Part shown: positions 38,612 to 51,649 of the stretch, in pieces
Numbering within the stretch: position 1 is the stretch's first letter
How the letters are laid out: every line of letters begins with the position of its first letter
NCBI GenBank assembly: GCA_024704765.1
Contig: JAKMXF010000349.1
Span: 1 to 64,000 of the forward strand
DNA length: 64,000 nucleotides
DNA from: Oopsacas minuta
Lineage: Eukaryota; Animalia; Porifera
Reading direction: 5' to 3'
Notes under the pieces: model-generated
What the model was told of the DNA's origin: nothing
Databases searched by the model: none
The model's input: only the letters and a program-made list of their open reading frames with translations
Translations under genes and position numbers: made by a program

Positions 38612-39679
38612 ATGATTTTTCATCTTCCTCGTGTTTTTAGATTTTTTCAAACAAATCGATATTTATTTTCTAATTTAGCATCACAATATGTAGAAGTCCG
38701 GACTGCATTAAATATGGCAATGGAAGAAGAGATGGAAAAGGATAAACGCATTTTTATAATAGGTGAAGAAGTAGCAACTTATAATGGAGCATATAAAGTC
38801 ACCCGTGGGCTTAACGATAAATTCCCTAAAAATGATTGGCGCATGGTAGATACACCGATTACTGAGCAAGGATTCGCTGGCTTGGCAATTGGTGCAGCCA
38901 TGGCTGGTCTTATCCCAATTTGCGAATTTATGACTTTTAACTTTTCTATGCAGGCAATTGATCAAATTGTTAATTCAGCTGCGAAGATGTTTTACATGTC
39001 AGCTGGTGACTTTAATGTTCCTATAACATTTCGAGGTCCGAATGGCGTATCAGCTGGGGTTGCTGCACAGCACTCTCAGTGCTTTGCTTCATGGTATGCA
39101 CATGTACCAGGACTAAAGGTGGTTTGCCCATGGAGTTCAGAAGATGCTAAGGGCCTATTGAAATCCGCTATTCGAGATCCTGACCCAGTGGTGGTTTTAG
39201 AATCCGAAATGCTTTATGGGGAAAAGTTTGTGTTAAGCCCAGAATCTTGTTCCGAAAATTATCTTATACCTATTGGCAAAGCGAAAGTCGAAAAGGTGGG
39301 TGGAGATATAACATTAGTTGGTTACTCGCGAATGATTAGTGTTATGCTTAAAGCAGCTCAAGAACTAGAGAACGATAATATTTCCGCAGAAGTGATCAAC
39401 TTACGTTCCCTTAGACCTCTTGACATTAATACAATATGCGAATCTATTAAAAAAACCCATCATCTAGTAACAGTAGAAGAAACTTGGCCCTTTTATGGCG
39501 TAGGTGCTGAGGTAATTGCTCAAACTGTCGAAAGTGAGGGCTTTGATTATTTGGACGCTCCTCCCTATCGTGTTTCAGGTGTTGATGTCCCTACTCCTTA
39601 TGCAAAGAATCTTGAAGAGGCTTCCATACCGCATACAATTAATGTTATTAATGCAGTTAAAATGGCTCTGAATTTATGA
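38612..39679 (+). CDS. PDHB: Pyruvate dehydrogenase E1 beta subunit, mitochondrial (intronless, intact, 355 aa)
   Basis: [55 protein letters not shown]...[17 protein letters not shown] and [19 protein letters not shown]. Arg-rich, acid-free N-terminal presequence. Confidence 0.97.
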   Translation: MIFHLPRVFRFFQTNRYLFSNLASQYVEVRTALNMAMEEEMEKDKRIFIIGEEVATYNGAYKVTRGLNDKFPKNDWRMVDTPITEQGFAGLAIGAAMAGLIPICEFMTFNFSMQAIDQIVNSAAKMFYMSAGDFNVPITFRGPNGVSAGVAAQHSQCFASWYAHVPGLKVVCPWSSEDAKGLLKSAIRDPDPVVVLESEMLYGEKFVLSPESCSENYLIPIGKAKVEKVGGDITLVGYSRMISVMLKAAQELENDNISAEVINLRSLRPLDINTICESIKKTHHLVTVEETWPFYGVGAEVIAQTVESEGFDYLDAPPYRVSGVDVPTPYAKNLEEASIPHTINVINAVKMALNL

Positions 39680-42600
39680 CTATCAGCTTATTTTAATGAT
39701 CTCCTTTATGCTAGATCTTCACAAATTCATGATAGTAGTATAGTCTTATGTGCAGTTACTCACCAAATTTCGTTTAATGCTAGCTATATAGGATCATTAT
39801 TTGTAAAACTACATTTTTCATTCTCGATGTCAATCTGAATTCATTACTGATCACTATTATATTTAATAATCCCACAATGGGCAAAAAAGAAGGTCACTTT
39901 ATGGGAAATAGACATGCAGTCACTAGCTTTGAATACAAAAGGATTCACATCTAATAAATCAATTGTAAACTCTCATTGGAAACATCAAAATTTAGGAACG
40001 AGTAGGAAACCATCTCGGCATGATTTTGAGAGTATATTCCTAAATTTATGGTTTAGAATTTGTTAATGTTGGTAACCCATGAGTTGAAATAATAGCTTCC
40101 AAACAGAATGGATTATTAAAATTATTCTAGTGAAGTGGGATGATATGAGGCGTTATGCGTGAAAATTATGTAGTGCCCAGTAGGTTATGTAGGGGATATT
40201 TCATGTTATTTGGTGAAGAGTGACCATTTTAACAATAAGATAAATAGTCTGGGTCTTACTCACAATATTCCTGATCCAAATTCTAGGAATAATTCTTAGA
40301 ATATTTCTAAAATCGTATTCATGAAATATCTAATTAAATTCTTAGAATTTTTAGAATTACCTAAAATTCTGAGAAAATTTCACATTTTTAAGAAATTTCT
40401 AAGAATTCAAAACAATTCTTATAAAATTTTCAAGTGAGATAGAGAATACACTTACAATATATAACAGGTGAGGTGAGTGTAGAACCAGCCGTGCAGGTAA
40501 TGCAATCTGCCCAGGTCAAACCTGGGTAGAATTTTTCCAGACCAGGTTTTGACCAGGTGAGGTCACAGCCTGGTTAAATGGGCAGGTTCTCAATAGTAGT
40601 TAACAAATGATGAGATGATAAAATATTTAATGTTTAAGCTAGACTCTTTTAACTTCAAAATGTGTACTTTGAGTCATGCTAGATCAAATCCAATAATATT
40701 ATGAGTATTAAATATATAAATATACGTCTAAGGCTCTGAAAATGGTGGCTACATATAGAGTCTAGATAGTTTGTAACTATACATAAATATCTGCATTTAA
40801 TTCCATTGGTGAAAAAATATACGTAGATCCATATCGCTTGTAAATAGCTATGCGGTTTTGAATTAATATCAGATCATTTTTCAAAATCACTGTGCATCAA
40901 TAATAGAATAATAGAATCATATTTTACTCAGTATATCTTAAAGAGCTAGAGAATAGTCACAACTCATTCGGAGCCCTGATGTTTACTCTAATTAGGTTTG
41001 ACCCGGTCAGGTAAAATAGGCTCGCACGACCCTGGTATAACACCAACTGGATTTCCCACTTATTACCGACCCTGCACTGTTAGCTACATCCAAATTTACG
41101 GAACGAAAAGTTATGATTGATATCTGATTTACGGCATTAGTATCGTGCGATTATTTTATACAAACGGATCGGGTGGAAAATCGCGATTATTCTCCCCAGA
41201 AAAATTTTCGATCATATTATTGCAAGTTTATGCAAACATGTTTGAAAATTTACATCTAGACTCCAAATGTACATGAAAATGTATGTACCAAATTTTCAGG
41301 GCACTCAGACTGGTAGATTTCGCTTGGCCGCGCAGACGGACGGAAGGACGCACATAATAGAGCATCTCCCTTTCAGAAGTGTTTTAAAATTCTCGTTAAC
41401 TTGATCGCGATCCCTTTTAGCGCAAGGATCGGGTTTACAATCTCCGATCATTTTTTAATGAACGATCGTTAAAGTGATCACGAACATTCATTTGTTGATC
41501 GATTAATGCCTTATCTAATCTCTCTGTTCAGTGGGCAAATAGGTGGAAGTTGAGATATTTTTGACATACTTAGATTGTTCAGATTTCATCCTGATTGTTT
41601 TCAGAATGCTATATTTTGTGTAGTGGGTCTTCAACTCCTTGAGTTATGATAAATACTTAAGAATGCAATATATCAATTTTCGAAAATTCGGGACTGCGGG
41701 TCCATAATCAATTCTACGTATTCATTTATGTCTTATTTTCGATGTGAGTTATAGCTCAAATTTACCTCATGTGTATTGAAATTATTCGAGTTGGTTGTTA
41801 TTCTTAGACGTTTCCAAAATATTCGTTGTTGATTGGGAGCTAACGTCCGTTTCGAAATGTCTGTGCCTTCCATTCAAGGTCCTGAAACTTATCGTGAGCA
41901 GGAGTGGCCAGTTAGTTTATACAAATATATAGGAAGCTAAAGGTATTGGCTTTAACCGTGGACGGCACAAGTGGGACGGTGTCCCAAGGATAAAAGTATA
42001 CTTACTATATTTGAAACAATGCCAAATTTGGTATGCCATACTTAAATGATCTTATCTATCTTCATAAATTATAAAAAATTTGTTTAAAATATTTTTTCAT
42101 TTAATGAGTTTAGCCAAGAAGATATTGTGCAAATATTCATGACCATGACATTTTCACTTCTGGTTTTTTATGTTCATATAGATGTTTGAAATGACAACGA
42201 TTATTGGTCATAGTGAAAATTTTGGACAATGGATATGTTCATGGGAATAATAATATGGGACCATGGATAATCAACCCATATAAAATCAGTAGATTCGCAG
42301 AATTATATGAATTATATTGTTATGTGAATTCTATCGGGTAGGAACTTTAGTAAGTTCTCCAAAGCTATGTACATCATCTAGAACATAGGAAGACGTAAAA
42401 TGTATGTATTTTAATTAAATATTTTGTAAAATAGAGCTTCGATTGTTGGCTGGGAAAATTATTTTTTTCCACCAAGATAGATGTTTTTGATATATTCAAA
42501 TTTAGAGATGTTTAGTACTTGAATTGTTGCCGATTTTAAATGATTGTATAGAAAATTTCAAGAGTTATACCATTAATTAAATCTAGGTAAACTTGAAATG

Positions 42601-44839
42601 CCCACCGGTTAATATTATATGATTTCTAGACGCGCCCAAAATATACTTAGGTTATTTGGATGCATATCACATCTAAAATTTAATAAATCGACCCATTGTG
42701 AATATATTGGTAGTTGAATAAAACCTACTAAATATGGATGATTTTGGACCCAATTGTGCTAGAATGAGCATAGATTTGTTCTATTCATTTCAGAATCCTT
42801 TAGCAAGCTGGAAATTCAACATAGTGTCCCTGTGATTAATCTGGAAAGTATATGAGTATGTTTACAAATTATGAAAACGAACCTGCATTTCATTGAACTA
42901 TTTTACCTAACCGATAGATGTTTAATCTAGCATCGTTATGATCATCTCATAATACAATAGCGTGGGGATATATCAGTGGAAACTCGGATTTGTCGAAAAT
43001 TTACCACATTATTATTTATTCATTTTTATAACCCATGGGTTTGCAAAATTCATATATTCTCGAATCATAAACGTTCTTTGTTGCACAATTTAATATAATC
43101 GTACTAAACTGTATGAAGGCTTAATCATACGTAATTTTTAGCTTTTCAAATCGATTTTTTGCATCGAATTACCATAAACACATAACTTCAAACACAATGG
43201 TGCTACCTGCATGCCTATTTCCCCTAAAGTGCCTGTTTTTGCCCACTGTGATCTGGTACAGAGAGTCAAAATTGAATGAGCCCGTAAACTGGGATTTTAC
43301 CTCTCTGCACCCCCCTCTCGGCGCACCTGGATGTGAGGATTATGTGATCCCACAGCCCCCCAAAACTACACATGCATAGAAATAAATCTTTTACATGAAC
43401 CTTGGATTTCACGCAGATTGCTTTCAAATTGAATTTAATTTACTCAAGGCTGCCGTTACAGGGAATCTTGGGGGTACAGAGCCACAAGATTCGACCTCAA
43501 CGAGGTGTAATTATTATCGTGTGCCAGACTTATCATTACATATCACCCATTTCGTAGCACACATATCAACCTAACGGAAATTTAAGAAGGGAAGGGTCTA
43601 GAACCATCTCGTATCCAGGGACACCTTATGATGCCACTGTTGAATATGCGGATTTCCCAAAAACCGGTCCCAATTAATTGGAGTTGACTGTATAGATATA
43701 TATAGATATAGATTAATGATGTTTATGTACTACATATGGATATATATTTCAATTGTAGATAAATTATCATTAATTTTATAGACAGAAAATTGTAGCAGTT
43801 AATCGCTTTTATTAAATGAAGATGAACCATCCGCTTAATTCGGTTAACTAAACACAAGCAGCTCTCAAAAAGATCTGTGACTTAAGCAATTCAATTGCAA
43901 GAATTTTGAATTTTGTCAGTTGCTGTGATTCGTCTACAATTGAGCGCCATGATTTTGAGCGAAACCCACTTGCCCATTCGAGCTAAGTCCTAGTTGAGCG
44001 ACTAACTTTTCCAGTAAAGTGCGAAACTCAAAACAGTGAAATCTGAATAGAAACAGTATTATAATCTTAATGAGCGAAATACAATCAATCAATCTGAGTA
44101 AACAAAGCAAAGTACTAACAAATGTTAAATATATATTATTAGTACCATAATTTTGGTACAACTTTCAAATTACCAGGATCATTATAATATTTATTATACT
44201 GTTTCTATTCTTATTTCGCTGTTTTGGGTTTCGCTAAATAGATAGTCACTGATCTAGGATTCTCTCAAATGAGTTACCCCAAGAGGCTTTCGCACAAAAT
44301 CATGGTGCTCAAGTGGGCAAGACCATTGCTGTTTCCTCAACCAAATTATCCAATTTTCGATATATAAGGTGGGGGAAATGGCATCTAAGATTTCACGGTA
44401 CCTTAGAATCTCATACAGGGGTCAAAATATAGATATTTCAGATGTCAGGTGCACATCTAGAGGTCACTATGAGTATGCATGCCAAATTTGATATCGTAAA
44501 CTCTAAAGGTGTGAAGGCTTGGTGAACACCGATTTCAGATCTCTAACACTAAATAACTACTCTATTTCCAAATTGGATACAAACTGGATATACAGTACTG
44601 AAAACCAGCATCTTTACAAAATTAATAGTGGTACAAAGAAATCTACTAAAATCCCGTTCAAAATATAAAAAATGAATCAATACCGTATTGAGAACACAAA
44701 ATATATACTTACTAAGTCAACCATTTTTATTAGAGCGACTATCCTATAAATTATATATTGTATAGTCGACATAGTCTGGAAATTTTTATACAAGACTATA
44801 ACTCACATGATTTTTATAACACCATGTATGGAGTGTAGA

Positions 44840-44902
44840 CAGGGGGCTGTCTCAGGATATTGCATACCGGGGCAAATGCCCGGTTCCCTGACACAGCCAC
44901 TG
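44840..44902. mobile_element. 63-bp minimal hAT-like inverted-repeat element
   Basis: CAGGGGGCTGTCTCAGG ... CCTGACACAGCCACTG. The flanking 8-mers AGTGTAGA and CATGTAGA match at 6 of 8 positions. Confidence 0.55.
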
Positions 44903-45533
44903 CATGTAGATGGCTATATTTTCGAATATAAGATCCAAACATGATAAACCTTTGTCTTCTCAATATGTCATCATCTGACTAATTAATAAGCTAGTTTGGG
45001 ATGATTTTTAGATATTTTGAAGCTGTTTTAACTCTGTAAAGTAAGTTGTATCTTCGATAATTACCTAGTATCATGATAACTTGAAGTTGTTTCGAAAAAC
45101 AGTGATTTTGATGAAATGCTAAAACAGTCCTCTGTTACTATGCACAGGAATATAACACAGATTCTAGCCTTATCTGGAAAAATATTGATTGTAGACATTA
45201 CCCTTGGCCCGAAAGGGTTACAGGGTTAAACTGGGAGGGTAAAACCACTTTTTGGGTTAGACTGGGTTATTACAGGTATAACATAAAATAGCTTTTTAAA
45301 TAGTCAGATGATTACAGATACTGCATGTTAGGAACCATGTGAGTATATAAATCCCTAAAGCAAATATAGCACCTCTGATCTCCAATTTACTAACTACTGC
45401 TAGGTCTCTTGTTTAGTATGCTATGATATGACATATCTTCAACAAGAACAAAATTTCCTCTGTAACGAGAGCATATTTAAATCATGTTAAATGTATTAGT
45501 TCTAAATGCTGAATAAATGAAAATGGGTAATTG

Positions 45534-45884
45534 TTATGAGAGAGGTTTGATTTCTTGTATTCGAGATAATAATTCGACAATAAAAGCATCAGTTGAATGT
45601 TTCGCGTCAATTAACGATTTCTCAATGAAATCATGTCTGTAGCTTTCTTTGAGTCTCAGAATATCATCCAAATCGATCTCTGGATAGGATTCCTGTTCTG
45701 ATATGCAATTATATAGAGAGCGTAACTGGTCATCCATCCAAGCCTCTACAACAAGCCGTTTTTGTACTTCTTTTCGATTATACTTTTGAGTAGGATGATG
45801 CTTAAGCATTGATCCATCAGGAACATCAGGATTAAATTTGACGGCTTTTTCGCACTCAATATTATCTTTTGATGCATTTGCCAT
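45534..45884 (-). CDS. PPP1R14: PKC-activated protein phosphatase 1 inhibitor, PPP1R14/CPI-17 family (intronless, 116 aa)
   Basis: PTQKYNRKEVQKRLVVEAWMDDQLRSLY...PEIDLDDIL...FIVELLSRI aligns by eye with CPI-17 VTVKYDRRELQRRLDVEKWIDGRLEELY...EINIDELL...FIQELLAKL. The family symbol is given without a paralogue letter. Confidence 0.88.
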   Translation of the reverse strand: MANASKDNIECEKAVKFNPDVPDGSMLKHHPTQKYNRKEVQKRLVVEAWMDDQLRSLYNCISEQESYPEIDLDDILRLKESYRHDFIEKSLIDAKHSTDAFIVELLSRIQEIKPLS

Positions 45885-47984
45885 TATATAGCAAATTTTG
45901 AAAATTTGTCGAAACTAAAGATCTATATCACGGAGAAAGAAAAGCACAGTGTAGCAAATTTGGTAAGACAATTGTGCATTAAGATCGTATGATCAATAAT
46001 CGCGCTCTTCTCACGAAAGGAGAGGCATCGGGGATCATATATTTAAAAGAGGATCGAATTGGAAATCGCGATCGTTTTCTTCACAATATATTTCGATCTT
46101 TACATTCAGGTTTTCTGACAATCTGAAAACAATAAAACGCGTATATGATGGTTCAGAGACAGTGGCGGTATAGGGGGATAGGCAAACGGGCATTTTGTCC
46201 CCGATTTGAAAGTCCTGGCCCCGGGTCTGCCAGATGGGACCGCACATGTTAAGAGATGGTAGCGGTTAAGCTTGACAAGCAACGGTCTCGAATTTGACTG
46301 AGCGGAAAATTAAAATTGGCCAACAGTTAAAGGTAAAACTTGCCAATATCCTGATTGTTGATGAAATCTCGATCATTTTTCTCATTGCTTCGTATGTATT
46401 CGCTATTTACCGACAAATACTTGATTTTCCAGGACAAAATTGGAAATGGTAGTAATCCTGGCACAAAGTATTCGACAAGTGTATGACTGAATGTATAAAA
46501 CTAATCAAAAGATGTTTAATTTTGTGAAATAACTAGCGTGAATAGTTATTGAATGAAATCTCATTAAAATAGTTGCAATTCATATTGATAGACAGTTTGA
46601 GTTTCAGTACTTTCGGAAAAGTCAAAGGCAGAGCTATGTGAAAGCAAGAATGTAAATTATCTACATGCATGTCCAAAATGGACATGCATTTAGCCAGATA
46701 ATTTAAATATCCTTCTATTCAAAATAAGTATTAAATCCTGGACAAAATAGGAATTTTAGCGAAAATCCTCTACAATGATTATGTTACAGTGCATATGCAC
46801 TTATTGTGTACACTGGTGTTCATGCACTTATATGACTAAATTCTTATCAAGTATATGTACACTAGTGCATACGCACTAGAAGTGAAAAAGCTAATTGATG
46901 CGTGAATTAAATTCAGTAGTCTTATGATGCGAACTAACTCAAATAATCAACTATATTATTTGTTACCTATTATATCGTAGAAACTTGAACCAATATTTTA
47001 TATTTGTTCGTATCATGGATTTTATGATTTACTGCAGAAATTTTACGTTTGGTAGAATTAACATAGGGTTGTCTCAGGCTATGAAAATTAGAAACTCATT
47101 CCAAGAAATGTGTAAGCATAATCGATTACCACAAAATAGTGTATAAAATAGATTTGTAGCATTAATTGTATCAGTAATTGAGAAGTGTGGAAATATGAAA
47201 AATTTCAAGATTCACTACCCAAAATACGTATTTCATTATAATTGTCGAATAATTACATTAGGTACATATCTACACCATATAACAGACCCACAGTCGTAAT
47301 TGAGCAATTCTCCTCCTGGAATATTTCACAGTTGCATTAATTTGGACTTTAGCGGAAATAGGTATTAATTTTCTACTTAGCTGTTTGAAATGTGCTATTG
47401 ATGCATACTAAATCGGTGGTAGCGAGTTGGTTGCAACTATCAGAATTTATGTAAGATTTCGCATTATGTGTATTTTCAGGTATTCAAAAGTTTGGCAAAA
47501 ATATTAGTATGGTTGAATATTAATATTTTTATAAACCAGGAACTTTAATGCTATCTATCACCCATATGATGTGAAATTTGGAAATTATGTTTATTCACAA
47601 ATTAAATTAATCCATCAATTTTGCTATGATATTCAACTTGTGAATTTTCGACCAGGGATGTGGTGGCGATGAAGTTTAAATATTTACTTGTAGTCTCAAT
47701 ATTCCAAGTATTCATTTATGTAAAACAACAAAATTCAATCAATATATGCTTAAGAATTCCAAGATTGTATTAAAATACTAATCTAGTAAGTATTTATCTG
47801 GTGAAATATGCCATTCTTTGTTTCCTTGTAGTCTATCGAATATTACATCTTTCATTTCAAAGTAGATAATTGAAATAATCAATACATTCTTTTCTACAAA
47901 ATATCAAAAATTGTAATTCAAAAGTTGCCTCGTTCTTGCGTTAGTGTAGACACCATGGATTGCATACTAAGCAATTGGCATATA

Positions 47985-50555
47985 TGTTACACGCAAATCG
48001 TGAAATTGCCCATTTCATGCATTGGGCAAACAAATTGCTCAATGGGTGAAATGGGCAATTGTATTGTCCATTTCATTGAATAGATATTTGGTTACTCATT
48101 TCATGCAATGGTCTTTCAAATTATTGCACACTTCAAGAAATGTGCAATGCTGTTTATCTAAAGATTTTCGAGAATATGTACTTATAATTCTATGAGGAAA
48201 CATGATGAGAAAACAAATTATATGAATGAGAAGTGAGAAAATATTTAGGAAATAACTTGAGAAAATAACTTAGTCTGTCTGTTTTCAATACGTACTAATT
48301 TATGTTGTCACATGATCCTTTCCAAGACAAGCACTGTTGCATATTAGCCCTGCCTTTAAACAAGAGCAACGTTTTATTAAACAATTGCTCTTGCAATGAC
48401 ATCTGCGAAATCCCTGACCACCACATATGCTCTGTGCTCGAACAATTTCGCGAATCGATGATTCTTCATCTGGTATGTGTTCCGAATTCAGTCCAGTAAA
48501 TCTGATAAATTCAACTTGATTTCTTGCAAGTCGGCCTCTTATTTTTGCAGTTCTAGTTCCTATTTGATAACCTCTCTGATCAAATTCCAAAACAATCCGA
48601 ATTATATTTGGTGGATCACCTTTGCTTCGATCAAACTGGGATACAGGCACAGCAACGCTATCACCGATATGAAGAGGACGCAGGGTGCGAGTACTGCGTG
48701 TAATCATTTTTTTGGCTTGTTTTTGGATACCTTTGCAAGCTTCTATTCATGCACGTCTTGCCGGATGGCTATCATTTCTTCTAAAGTCCGAGAGTAGAAA
48801 ATTAGAAACATTTGTATGATGCAATTCTGGATCTTTTCCTCGTATCAAATCACTAAGAATCTCTTCAGCACTGTCATTACCTAGTGGAGTTGTGGTACAT
48901 GGAAATATATGAGTACTTTCATTCCCCAGGGAAGATTCTGCTAGAGGGAGTAGATGAGTTCTCTCATTGTCCAGTGAAGATTCTGCCATTGGGAGTAGAT
49001 GAGTTCTCTCATTGTCCAGTGAAGATTCTGCCATTGGGAGTAGATGAGTTCTCTCATTCTCCAGTGAAGATTCTGCCATTGGGAGTAGATGAGTTCTTTC
49101 ATTGTCCAGTGAAGATTCTGCCATTGAGAGGGGTAGATGATTACTTTCAGCATCAGGATTGTCATTACCAGGTGAAACTATAGTTTCTGGATTATTAGAA
49201 TTAACATCTCCGTTTTCAACTTCACAGATTTGAATTTGGGAGATCTTCCTCCAATATACCTGTAAATATTTTATCGAGAAAATCTGTTGGTAGAATACTT
49301 TTCAATCCACAACTTGGTCTGTTACCAGTCATTGCTTTATACGGTTCCATTCCTATTGCTTCATGATATGTAGTGTTCATAGACCAGTGCACAAAACGGA
49401 TCCCATAGCTCCATTTGGATGTATTATTATCTCGCATCCAAGCCATCAATTAAGTCTTCATGTTACCATTGCTCCGCTCGACTGATCCTTAACTTTGGGG
49501 ATGACGTGGACGTCCATTCACAAGAAAAGTTCTGGCCAAAGAGTTGAAAGTTCTTGAATCACTTGTCCCGTAAATTCACGACCATTATCTGATTGTAAGA
49601 TATTTGGTGCACCAAAGTCTAAGAAAATCAAAAGGAATTGATTTGCAACTTCTGTAGCTGTTTTTCTTTGTGGAGGACGAATAACATGGAATTTTGTTAG
49701 ATATTCCATGTAATGTAATATAAGTCTGAAATTACCATCTTGGATTGTTTGCATATTAACAAGATCCACCTGGCCACGTTCATTTAAGTCTTTCACTGTT
49801 AGAGGACATATAACTACGCCAAAAGCAGTCTCTCGTCTTGCTCTCTTCTCTGCACATCTTTCGCAACGTTTTAAATATTCCTGGGCAGGCAACGCGGGAT
49901 ATTGGCAAATTTATCTTGTATCTTTTTGTGAGTTTTCTTTTCACCTCCATGGTCAGTTGCGATATGCATAGAAAATATTATATTAATAACTTCCTCTTTT
50001 GTTGCCATGTATTTCTATTCCGCTTAGTAACCTTAGCAACAGATCCAATAGATACTAAGGAATAAACATTCAATATATTGTAACATTCTCTTGGAAGAGA
50101 TTTTCCCGTTTTTCCACGTCTCAAGACATCGACGACGTATTTTTCATAATTCTTATCCCATAGAGTTTGATTTTCTGCCACTATCTCCTCCATATCTATG
50201 ATTAATTCACAAAAAGAAAAACGAAAGCATTGATGTTCCCGAATTGAGATAATTTATAAATGAAGAACGCTTTGATATGCACTCATAACTACTTGTTATT
50301 AGGACAACATTATATTCAATAAGGAAGAGTGTAATCATAATTGGTGTTGAAAATTGATTATTTATGAATAACATGTTACTAAGACAACAGCATTGCACAT
50401 TTCATGAAGTGTGCAATAATTTGTAAGACCATTACATGAAATGAGTAACCAAATATCTATTCAATGGAATGGACAATATAATTGTCCATTTCACCCATTG
50501 AGCAATTTGTTTGCCCAATGCATGAAATGGGCAATTTCACGATTTGCGTGTAACA
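47985..50555 (-). mobile_element. Ginger2/TDD-like integrase-type DNA transposon, complete ends, pseudogenised
   Basis: Near-perfect TIRs of ~169 bp start TGTTACACG, with a TATA 4-bp TSD. Retroviral-type integrase motifs RGQVDLVNM, ILQSDNGREF, HPQS*GSVERSN and W...FVHWSMN. C-terminal CHCKSNC..KRCSCLKAGLICNSAC. Confidence 0.9.
48901..49149 (-). repeat. 45-bp in-frame minisatellite (~5.5 copies) inside the Ginger transposase
   Basis: The unit GGGAGTAGATGAGTTCTCTCATTGTCCAGTGAAGATTCTGCCATT translates on the minus strand as MAESSL(D/E)NERTHLLP. Confidence 0.93.
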
Positions 50556-51355
50556 TATATATATTTTATCTCATGTTTTTTTCTTAGTATTTTCAATTTA
50601 TGTCTGTGAGAGCTATTAGTTTGATTATATTCTTCACTGATATTTTTATATTTCGTTCTGGTAAGCAAGGGTTAACTTATTTTCTACATTATATATGATG
50701 TTTATTCCTTATCTGCTATACTACTTAAGTTCATTGTCGATGCTCCAATGCTCCAATGCTTCAAAGCTCCAATGCCCTATTAATTATTCTAAACGAAACT
50801 TGTGTTAATTCTTGATACTCCGATTCCTCTCGATGGGTTAATGCATGTAGATTTTCATGTAGATTTTGGAAGGTTGTGTTTAGCATCAAATAGATCATTC
50901 CAACATGCAAAATTGTACGATCAGAATACGTTCTTGAGTATATTAACCCAGTATTACGAAATCTAATCGCCTAGGCTACGTTTTGAGAATATAATGGCTT
51001 TTTATTGACAATTCTAGAGTAAAATTCAATAATATTCACCATTTCAACCACACAAAAACAATATTAAAACGCCAACAAAAGCAATACATATCTAGTATCG
51101 TTAATGAGTAATGAGGTTAGTTAATAGTTAGAATACATCGGACATCTACATGTTGAATAAGGTAAGTACACATCTACGTAGTATCTTTAGTGATGTAAGT
51201 GCACATGAGGATATACCAAACGTATACACATCTAGCATAGAATATTGGTTTGTACTAAGGTAATTATGTAGGAATTAAGTGAGGGTTTTTGAGTATCATC
51301 AGGCCATCTATAAGAGAAAGGCACGAACTAACCACTAAAATTCTTAAGGTTTGTA

Positions 51356-51615
51356 CAGGGTTGGGCATAAGTTCTGCCACATATTTAAATAACTATATTT
51401 TCCGATTGATATATTGTATTGTGTTGAAATTCGGTATGTACTACTTGCTCCATGACCAATTATCGCTTCAAGAGGCTAAGCTGATATAAAATTTCAGGGA
51501 AAGAGTGAAAAATATATATTATAACAAAGTTTGAGCTAAATGATAAATACGAATAACTAATGGAATATTTTTTGGCTGGATTATAATATTGTGGCAGAAC
51601 TTAAGCCCAACCCTG
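51356..51615. mobile_element. Tc1/mariner-type MITE (260 bp)
   Basis: TA-flanked TIRs CAGGGTTGGGC(A/T)TAAGTTCTGCCACA. Confidence 0.85.
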
Positions 51616-51649
51616 TATTGCCAGACTTCGCAACTAATCCATCCAAATT

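Noticed and set aside
38612-39679. Bacterial origin or contamination for the intronless PDHB
   Set aside because: It has a mitochondrial-type presequence, host-like AT content and eukaryotic transposons on both sides.
40480-41070. Possible hAT MITE with clustered ACCTGG/ACCCGG motifs
   Set aside because: The candidate ends match poorly and no TSD was found.
46300-46372. KLANILIVDEIS, a Pif1-like Walker B fragment
   Set aside because: It is too short to annotate, and is probably a scrap of a Helitron helicase.
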